Shown: piece by piece, positions 38,847 through 45,422 of the stretch
Numbering within the stretch: position 1 is the stretch's first letter
Layout: each line of letters begins with the position of its first letter
From: Chitinophagaceae bacterium
GTDB taxonomy: Bacteria; Bacteroidota; Bacteroidia; Chitinophagales; Chitinophagaceae
NCBI GenBank assembly: GCA_035474355.1
Contig: DATINK010000302.1
Location: 1-45,422, forward strand
DNA: 45,422 nucleotides
Direction: 5' to 3'
Notes under the pieces: model-generated
Seen by the model: only the letters and a program-made list of their open reading frames with translations
Told to the model about the DNA's origin: nothing
Database searches by the model: none
Made by a program: the position numbers and the translations under genes

Positions 38847-39395
38847 ATGCGTATTGGTTTGTTCCTGTTGATCATGTTTGCCTGCCTGCAAAGCCGGGCG
38901 CAGCATTGTCCCTGGGATTGTAGCGGAATGATCGTAGTTAAGACAGATATTCCCCGCGCTACACTTAACAAACTGAAGCCAGTGTTGGTGGATGAAGAAC
39001 ATCGTGTGATGACAGATACGGTTTGGGGTACCGGAAAGGAAGACAAGACAAATGACCGCTGTGATTTCCTTTATTATGATGATTTTTTAAAGAACAGGGT
39101 TCAAAAAACAAAACTCCATCATTTCTACAACTATGACACCATGTATTATTTTGCAAAAGGATTATACATGGTAAAGTATAACTATTGTGAATACGGGGAA
39201 AAGAAGATTTACCTGCGCTATAATGACCCGGAAAAAGGAGAAGCTCAATTTCACTATCTTGAAATTCCGGATAAGGCCAGGATCCACCTTCATGATCATG
39301 CAAGTGAACTTTGGGATCATAAAGGGAAAGAAATGAGAAAAAGCGTTTCAAACGCTATCCTGGCCCTGGACTGGAAAGAATTGGGATTTAAATGA
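38847..39395 (+). CDS. hypothetical secreted protein
   Basis: 182 aa. Signal peptide MRIGLFLLIMFACLQSRAQ. No recognisable domain. ATGA overlap with nagA. Confidence 0.6.
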   Translation: MRIGLFLLIMFACLQSRAQHCPWDCSGMIVVKTDIPRATLNKLKPVLVDEEHRVMTDTVWGTGKEDKTNDRCDFLYYDDFLKNRVQKTKLHHFYNYDTMYYFAKGLYMVKYNYCEYGEKKIYLRYNDPEKGEAQFHYLEIPDKARIHLHDHASELWDHKGKEMRKSVSNAILALDWKELGFK

Positions 39396-40489
39396 GCACC
39401 CAAAAGACCTATTTCGCTAAACAACTTTACACAGGCGAAAAATTACTTGCTTCACATGCTGTGATCGTTGACAATGGGATCATCGCTGAGATCGTTCCTG
39501 CTGCTTCCCTGTCCCCTGATATTGATCAAATCACGCCGGTAGAAATTCTCGCACCGGCATTTATCGACCTCCAGGTATATGGTGCAGGAGGAAAATTGTT
39601 TGGGGCATTTCCCGAAGTTGATTCACTAAAGCGATTAGCCGAACACAACAAGCGTTCCGGAACAAGTGGATGTTTGGTAACGATTGCGACGAATTCAACA
39701 GATGTTTTTAAAAAAGGAATAGACGCAATAAGGGAATATTGGTCACAAAAAGGAGAAGGCATCCTGGGTTTGCATATAGAAGGTCCCTGGATCAACCCTG
39801 AAAAAAAAGGAGCCCATATCGGATCCCTGATCCGGAAACCCATTCTCAAAGAAATACAGGAGCTACTTGATTGTGGGAAGGGGGTCATTAAAATGATAAC
39901 CCTCGCGCCTGAATACTGCAATTCAGAGCTGATCGCTGTGTTTCAGTCACACCATATTATTATATCTGCCGGTCATAGCAATGCCAGTTATGCTGAAGCC
40001 ATGAAAATATTTGATGGGGGAGTGGAGGCGGTTACTCATTTATTTAATGCCATGAGCCCCTTCCATCACAGGGAGCCGGGACTTGCAGGAGCTGCAATGG
40101 ATCATTCCCGGGTAATGGCCAGCATCATCCCGGATGGACACCATGTGGATTATGCGGCCATTCGTGTAGCCAAGGCTGTTATGAAGGAACGGTTATTCGC
40201 CATTACCGATGCAGTGACCGAAACGAACACCGGGCATTATCATCACCAGCCAATGGGTAATAAATTTGAATCGGGTGGCGTTTTAAGTGGTTCGATGCTG
40301 ACCATGCTGGATGCTTTGCGGAACCTTGTTCAACAGGTCCGCATAGAACTGGGTGAGGCCTTAAGAATGTGTAGTACTTATCCTGCACGGTTAATGAAAC
40401 AGGACAATGAAGCAGGCTATATTAAAATTGGGAAGCCAGCGAATCTTGTGGCGCTTGATCATGAACTCCGGTCGGCTTCATTGATTTAA
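39392..40489 (+). CDS. nagA: N-acetylglucosamine-6-phosphate deacetylase
   Basis: 365 aa. HIEGPWINPEKKGAH, SAGHSNASY, THLFNAMS and IPDGHHV motifs. Confidence 0.9.
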   Translation: MSTQKTYFAKQLYTGEKLLASHAVIVDNGIIAEIVPAASLSPDIDQITPVEILAPAFIDLQVYGAGGKLFGAFPEVDSLKRLAEHNKRSGTSGCLVTIATNSTDVFKKGIDAIREYWSQKGEGILGLHIEGPWINPEKKGAHIGSLIRKPILKEIQELLDCGKGVIKMITLAPEYCNSELIAVFQSHHIIISAGHSNASYAEAMKIFDGGVEAVTHLFNAMSPFHHREPGLAGAAMDHSRVMASIIPDGHHVDYAAIRVAKAVMKERLFAITDAVTETNTGHYHHQPMGNKFESGGVLSGSMLTMLDALRNLVQQVRIELGEALRMCSTYPARLMKQDNEAGYIKIGKPANLVALDHELRSASLI

Positions 40490-40575
40490 CAAAGTTTCTT
40501 TCCGCCCCTTTGTTTATTTGAAAAAAATTCTCAACTTTAGTAACCTCATTCTTAACCAAGCTAAAGCCTACCAAC

Positions 40576-41547
40576 ATGAGAAAGTTATTTATCCTTACAT
40601 CGGTCATCGGCCTTGTTTCCTTTGCCGCTTATTTCATGGCCTGCAAGAACAAAAAATCGGAACCAAAAGCGGAGAACAAGGAAGACTCTCTAAAAAAAGT
40701 ACTTGCCCGCGGGGAATACCTGGTCACCCATGTTACACCCTGTTTGGATTGTCATAGCAAACGGGATTTTACTCAATACAGCGGGCCAGTTATGCCGGGC
40801 TCTGAAGGAATGGGCGGGGAAGTATTTGACCAAAAACTGGCAGGACTACCGGGAACTATTTATGCGAAGAATATTACACCTGATCCTGAAACCGGTATCG
40901 GCACCTGGACAGATGATGAGATCTACCGGGCCATTACCCAGGGTATCAGTAAAAAAGGAGATACACTTTTTCCCATCATGCCTTATGCAGATTTTAACCA
41001 TATGGCTAAAAGCGATTTGTTATCGATCATTGCTTATATACGGACATTAAAACCGATTAAAAATAAAGTACCCGACCGTCAATTATTTATTCCGATCAGC
41101 ATGGCTTACCCGGCTCCGGCACTTCAGCCTTCACAAGATGGTAATATGATACCCCCGGAATCCGACCTGGTAAAGTATGGGGCATACCTTGTCAATGCAG
41201 CGGTCTGCGGGGATTGCCATACGCCGATGGGGGAAAGAGGCCCCATCATGGATAAAATGTTTGCGGGGGGCTTTCCATTCGACGTGGGTACATTCAAGGT
41301 TAATACAGCCAATATCACACCTGATTCAACAACGGGCATTGGAAACTGGAATGAAGCAACATTCCTTAACAAGGTTACCCAATACAGGGAGGAAAAATCT
41401 TATCATTTCAACCCGGGAAAACAAAATACAATAATGCCCATTACGATGTATGCAGGAATGACCGATAATGATCTGAAAGCGATCTATGCTTACCTGCGTA
41501 GCCTGAAACCGGTATCGAATAAGGTAGAGAAATGGCCTACTAAATAG
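40576..41547 (+). CDS. dihaem c-type cytochrome lipoprotein
   Basis: 323 aa. Lipobox FMAC. Two CxxCH haem sites (CLDCH, CGDCH). Confidence 0.8.
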   Translation: MRKLFILTSVIGLVSFAAYFMACKNKKSEPKAENKEDSLKKVLARGEYLVTHVTPCLDCHSKRDFTQYSGPVMPGSEGMGGEVFDQKLAGLPGTIYAKNITPDPETGIGTWTDDEIYRAITQGISKKGDTLFPIMPYADFNHMAKSDLLSIIAYIRTLKPIKNKVPDRQLFIPISMAYPAPALQPSQDGNMIPPESDLVKYGAYLVNAAVCGDCHTPMGERGPIMDKMFAGGFPFDVGTFKVNTANITPDSTTGIGNWNEATFLNKVTQYREEKSYHFNPGKQNTIMPITMYAGMTDNDLKAIYAYLRSLKPVSNKVEKWPTK

Positions 41548-41560
41548 GTTTAGGTTTTAG

Positions 41561-41613
41561 GTGTTAAGTTTTAAGTAGTATATATTAAATACTTAAAACT
41601 TAGAACTTAACAC
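41561..41613. terminator. AT-rich imperfect hairpin between convergent genes (possible bidirectional terminator)
   Basis: GTGT-TAAGTTTTAAGTA (41561-41577) pairs with TACTTAAAACTTA-[GAACTTA bulge]-ACAC (41590-41613). This gives a 13-bp perfect stem plus 4 bp, and it abuts the desaturase stop codon. Confidence 0.4.
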
Positions 41614-42363
41614 TTATAACTTGGTTTCGGGCTCTTTATCGTTATAGACATCTTTAAAAAGCAGCATCTTCCAAAGCTTACGCTCATTATTGCGGGGGAA
41701 CCCGCATTTCTCTGCGAATTCGTGCGTGTCTTTATAAGTCCCGAACATCTTATCCCATAAAGGAAGATCGGAGTAATTGTATTTATGAACATTGAGCTGG
41801 TGATGAATGGAATGCAACTCCGGTGTTTGAATGAAATATCTCATCCATTTAGGGGACCGGATATTTGAATGGTAAAAATATTCTCCGGTAGCAGCAAAGA
41901 AATTCAACCAGAATGCTCCTACCAGGCTGGATCCCAATAGGGGGTACATCAGCAAGGCAATGAGAAAAGAATCAGAAAGAATTTCCACCGGGTGCTTATA
42001 AAATGATGTAAGCGCTTCAATTCGTTGTGGTGAATGATGCACCTGGTGAAAAATGACCCAGAAACCATTCGCGTGGCGGACCCTGTGCCACCAATAGAAG
42101 AAGAAAGTGCTGATCAGCCATCCCACAAAGCCTTGTAATACAGGGGACCACCCGGCAATATGAAAAAGAGAAGAGCCACTCAGCCAGTTGAACCAGAGTT
42201 TGTTGGTTCCGAATGTAATGGCGATCTGAACGAAGTTGATCAGTAATACCCTGAAATACCAACCCCTGGAGTTGGGTAATTCTCTCCCGGGAACAACTCG
42301 TTCCCATACCAGGAATATGATCGTGACTGCAATGGTGAAGAAGGTGGGCAACCAGAGGTTCAT
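41614..42363 (-). CDS. sterol desaturase / fatty acid hydroxylase family membrane protein
   Basis: 249 aa. Histidine boxes HRVRH, HQVHH and HSIHH. Four hydrophobic segments. Confidence 0.85.
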   Translation of the reverse strand: MNLWLPTFFTIAVTIIFLVWERVVPGRELPNSRGWYFRVLLINFVQIAITFGTNKLWFNWLSGSSLFHIAGWSPVLQGFVGWLISTFFFYWWHRVRHANGFWVIFHQVHHSPQRIEALTSFYKHPVEILSDSFLIALLMYPLLGSSLVGAFWLNFFAATGEYFYHSNIRSPKWMRYFIQTPELHSIHHQLNVHKYNYSDLPLWDKMFGTYKDTHEFAEKCGFPRNNERKLWKMLLFKDVYNDKEPETKL

Positions 42364-42375
42364 GCAGGTTCGGTT

Positions 42376-43260
42376 TTAAACTTCATAAAATTTTACTTCC
42401 TTTTCCCGGAGAAATTCCTTGATGACATCTGCATGGATGCATTGCCCCAGGTGAAGGAATGAATAATCCGTTACTTTTTTGGGCTTGTTCTGAAATAAGA
42501 TCTCCTTTTCTTCAAGATCAAAACCCAGGTGCAGGTGTTTGGTTGAAAACTGCATACCGTAGACAATTCCCTCTGTATCAAAAAGAGGTCCGCCACTCTG
42601 CCCTCTGAGTCCCGGTGTACTCATTTCAATCCCGTACATTCTTTTTTCATTTGCCAAAAAACGGGTGATCATCCCTTCGATCGGGAAACGGGGCGTTGCC
42701 TGTACGCCGGTACTGGTCCACTCGATATCATCGGTGGATTCATTATAATTGAAGTTGCTGAACTCCGGGAATGGAAACCCTAAGCGGCAAAGAAAAATAC
42801 CCTGCTTAGCCACCGTGCTATCCTTCGGGAATTTTGCATAGCCATTATAAAGAATGCGTTTGAAATCATTGAACTTAACGATCGCTAAGTCATATTCCGG
42901 GTGAGAATGCATGGTAAAGCCCGAAGGGCCTTCTACACAGTCAACAAAATTATTTTTAATCTGAATAATTGATTCCGGCTTGTATTTATATTTTAATTCC
43001 AGTCCCCGCAGTGCCTGGTTTACTTTAGCTCCCTTACCCAGTGCTCCCCTCTCTTTTTTGAATTGCTGGAACTGCTGGTTCATATTATCTGCCGGTGCGA
43101 TCGTGTCTGTTACGTGTTTACAGGTAACAGCATAACCCTCCTCATTTACAAAAAAAAGCGTTGAAGAGCCCGGGATGATCTTGTTTCCCTGGTAGGTCCG
43201 GATGATGGTATGGATGGGCCTGGTGAAACCAGCGACTTCTTCAATGGCTTTTGAAAACAT
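42376..43260 (-). CDS. trypsin-like (S1/chymotrypsin-fold) serine protease, no signal peptide
   Basis: 294 aa. Catalytic triad context AVTCKHV (His), EYDLAIVKF (Asp) and RGQSGGPLFD (Ser). Confidence 0.7.
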   Translation of the reverse strand: MFSKAIEEVAGFTRPIHTIIRTYQGNKIIPGSSTLFFVNEEGYAVTCKHVTDTIAPADNMNQQFQQFKKERGALGKGAKVNQALRGLELKYKYKPESIIQIKNNFVDCVEGPSGFTMHSHPEYDLAIVKFNDFKRILYNGYAKFPKDSTVAKQGIFLCRLGFPFPEFSNFNYNESTDDIEWTSTGVQATPRFPIEGMITRFLANEKRMYGIEMSTPGLRGQSGGPLFDTEGIVYGMQFSTKHLHLGFDLEEKEILFQNKPKKVTDYSFLHLGQCIHADVIKEFLREKEVKFYEV

Positions 43261-43292
43261 AATTTATGTTTGGGCTAGCTACTTGCCACTAG

Positions 43293-44441
43293 CTAATAAT
43301 CGATAACCTGCTCTTCAATGGATTCAGGGATTTTTCTCCATTCATATTGTTGATTGCGTAACTGCGGTTCAAAACCAGCCTCACGAATAGCTTCCTGTAT
43401 ACTTTTATAAGTGAAGCGGTGAGGAGCACCCGCAGCGCTTACCACATTTTCTTCCAGCATGATACTCCCAAAATCATTGGCACCACCATGCAGGCAAAGC
43501 TCCGCGGTTTGTTTGCCTACGGTTAGCCAGCTGGCCTGGATATTAATGATATTGGGAAGCATGATCCTGCTTAATGCGATCATGCGTATATATTCCCCGG
43601 GTGTGGTCAGGTTTTGTATACCGCGTATGCGAGCCAATAAAGTATCCACATCCTGGAAGGTCCAGGGAATAAATGCGAGAAAACCTTTTGACTGAGCCGG
43701 CTTGCGACTTTGCAGATCGCGCAGCTTGACCAGGTGTTCAAATCTTTCCTCGATCGTCTCAACATGTCCGAACATCATGGTAGCTGAAGTAGTAATATTA
43801 AGCTGATGGGCTTCCGCCATAATATCCAACCATTCCTGCGCGCCGCATTTTCCTTTACTGATCAGCCTTCTTACCCTGTCCACCAGGATCTCTGCCCCGG
43901 CGCCGGGCAATGAATCCATACCAGCATCTTTCAAAGCCATCAATACTTCCCGGTATGTTTTTTTTCCCCCATTGGGTCCTGCGGACAGCTTCGTGATATG
44001 CGCAACTTCGGGAGGGCCCAGTGTATGTAATTTGATCGAAGGATATTCTTTTTTGATCTGCCTGAACGTATTCGTATAAAAATCCAATCCTAGTTCGGGG
44101 TGATGACCACCCTGTAACAGCAATTGATCCCCACCATATTTAAGCGTTTCTTCAATTTTCTTTCTGTAGGTAGGCATGTCCGTGATATAGGCTTCCGGGT
44201 GACCGGGTACACGATAGAAATTGCAGAACTTACAATTGGCAATACAAACATTGGTTGTATTTACATTCCGGTCGATCTGCCAGGTGACCTTTCCATGCGG
44301 AACCTGTTTTTTTCTCAATTCGTCAGCGACAAACATGAGATCGGCCAGGGGAGCCTGGTGAAACAGGTAGACGCCTTCTTCGATACTGAGGGAACCAAAA
44401 TCGGATGCTTTTTTATATAACTCCGTTAAATTCATCTCCAT
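43293..44441 (-). CDS. CofH/MqnC/MqnE-family radical SAM enzyme (futalosine-pathway menaquinone biosynthesis, MqnC-like)
   Basis: 382 aa. CIANCKFCNF (CxxxCxxC), LLLQGGHHPEL and MMFGHVET motifs. Confidence 0.75.
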   Translation of the reverse strand: MEMNLTELYKKASDFGSLSIEEGVYLFHQAPLADLMFVADELRKKQVPHGKVTWQIDRNVNTTNVCIANCKFCNFYRVPGHPEAYITDMPTYRKKIEETLKYGGDQLLLQGGHHPELGLDFYTNTFRQIKKEYPSIKLHTLGPPEVAHITKLSAGPNGGKKTYREVLMALKDAGMDSLPGAGAEILVDRVRRLISKGKCGAQEWLDIMAEAHQLNITTSATMMFGHVETIEERFEHLVKLRDLQSRKPAQSKGFLAFIPWTFQDVDTLLARIRGIQNLTTPGEYIRMIALSRIMLPNIINIQASWLTVGKQTAELCLHGGANDFGSIMLEENVVSAAGAPHRFTYKSIQEAIREAGFEPQLRNQQYEWRKIPESIEEQVIDY

Positions 44442-44460
44442 TCATGGATTGTGCAGGACG

Positions 44461-44468
44461 CAAAGTTA
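44461..44468 (-). promoter_or_regulatory. -7 promoter box TAACTTTG for the radical SAM-protease-desaturase operon
   Basis: Plus strand caaagtta, 19 nt upstream of ATG 44441. Confidence 0.4.
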
Positions 44469-44641
44469 CCACGCTTCGTCTATATACCGGGACTGGCGAT
44501 ACAGTGCCTTGTAATTTAACTTGAAAAGCATGGAAAGTTTTAGTCATTTTACGATAATTTCCGGTTCCGGGGTAGGCCAATTGCATCATTTTACTTCAAA
44601 AACTTGTCTGAAAATGAAGGATCGCGATCTAAACTAACTGA

Positions 44642-45422
44642 ATGAAAAAACGCCTCTTCCATCTATTCCTGGCAGGTGCATTGTTTATGGCAGATAAATT
44701 GTCCGCCCAGGAAGAATTCATCGAGCCCCCCTCGCGTTTACTCACCAGGATCTCGTTTACCCAACTTACCGGCGGGATCGTCATTTTACAAGCCAGGTTG
44801 GGTAATTTTCCGGACACATTGAACTTTGTTTTAGATACCGGAAGCAGCGGTATTTCCCTGGATTCCACAACGGCAGATTATTTCAAGTTAAAACCAACGC
44901 CATCAGATAAAACAATACGGGGTATCGCCGGTATCCGGAAAGTGAGTTTTTTATATAATTATAAGCTGACATTTCCCGGACTTGTTGTGGACAGTCTTGA
45001 TTTCCATATCAACGATTACACTATTTTGACAGAAGTATATGGTGAAAGGATCGATGGCATCATTGGATTTGCTTTATTGAAAAGGTATATCATAAAGATC
45101 GATTATGACAACCAGAAAATTGATTTCTGGACCCCCGGAACTACCCGCTATCCCCGCGGCGGATTTCTATTACAACCTGCTATCAATTTACTGGCTTCCC
45201 ACGAAGCAAGAGTTAAAGACTATAAGACCGTCAATTCCCGCTTTCTCTATGACATGGGCGCCGGTGTTTGTTTATTGCTGACCCATGATTTTGTAAACGA
45301 CAGTATGTTTATCAACAAAAAAAGAAAGCGTTTTATTAAAGAAGGAGAAGGCCTTGGCGGAAAGATTGACATGGAAATGACGGTGATCAAAGAAATGAAA
45401 CTGGGTCCCTACCGATTCAGGA
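44642..45422 (+). CDS. secreted aspartyl protease family protein (retropepsin/pepsin-like), partial at the right edge
   Basis: Hand translation from ATG 44642 (MKKRLFHLFLAGALFMADKLSAQ...) is open to the window end. It has a catalytic VLDTGSSGISLD, DGIIG, and a second D-x-G (YDMGAGV). Confidence 0.7.
   Translation, partial: MKKRLFHLFLAGALFMADKLSAQEEFIEPPSRLLTRISFTQLTGGIVILQARLGNFPDTLNFVLDTGSSGISLDSTTADYFKLKPTPSDKTIRGIAGIRKVSFLYNYKLTFPGLVVDSLDFHINDYTILTEVYGERIDGIIGFALLKRYIIKIDYDNQKIDFWTPGTTRYPRGGFLLQPAINLLASHEARVKDYKTVNSRFLYDMGAGVCLLLTHDFVNDSMFINKKRKRFIKEGEGLGGKIDMEMTVIKEMKLGPYRFR

Noticed and set aside
1-45422. Apparent excess of GATC and CGATCG words, suggesting a HIP1-like palindrome or Dam-related signal.
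   Set aside because: Hand counts in three 600-nt samples gave 7, 4 and 3 GATC sites. That is roughly twofold over a rough composition estimate. The sites are mostly explained by frequent GAT/ATC/ATCG codon junctions, and the full GCGATCGC octamer is not conspicuous. A proper genome-wide count would be needed to say more.

Overview
This 45.4-kb segment reads as core chromosome of a Bacteroidota organism, probably of the Chitinophagaceae/Sphingobacteriia type. It carries about 40 tightly packed protein genes. I found no rRNA, tRNA, CRISPR, integrase, transposase, phage or recognisable defence genes. The lineage call rests on four things: Bacteroidota-restricted families (GLPGLI, IPExxxVDY, CarboxypepD_reg/beta-barrel outer membrane proteins), a Rho with a long N-terminal insertion, no Shine-Dalgarno sequences, and exact TAnnTTTG -7 boxes 10-33 nt upstream of ten start codons. 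Gene content is mostly housekeeping: ybeY, feoA, nadD, an interrupted chrA, M20 and M28 peptidases, feoB, pterin-4a-carbinolamine dehydratase (PCD), a CtlX-like hydrolase, selD and selU, rho, asnS, a PadR-PspC pair, a methyltransferase, gcvT, an SRPBCC protein, a ComB-like phosphatase and a SWIM-SNF2 helicase. It continues with two tandem outer membrane protein paralogs, a GLPGLI protein, a histidine kinase/response regulator pair, nagA, a dihaem cytochrome c, a desaturase, a cytoplasmic trypsin-like protease, an Mqn-type radical SAM enzyme and a partial aspartyl protease. I do not see a convincing novel multi-gene system. The unusual signals are mostly small and at the DNA level. (1) A 115-bp MITE-like element with perfect 19-bp inverted termini sits between the start codon and codon 2 of the PCD gene and donates a new in-frame ATG. 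(2) A solo copy of that terminus and a cluster of an 11-mer repeat are both embedded in frame in selU, and the 11-mer recurs in the SNF2 promoter. (3) chrA carries an in-frame TAA. (4) A frameshifted relic of a second CtlX-like gene is overlapped antisense by the 3' end of selD. (5) An unknown secreted protein lies between selU and selD. (6) An uncharacterised envelope locus (two outer membrane protein paralogs, a GLPGLI protein and a two-component system) has a possible small transcription unit between the paralogs. All family calls come from motif recognition by eye. No database search was run.
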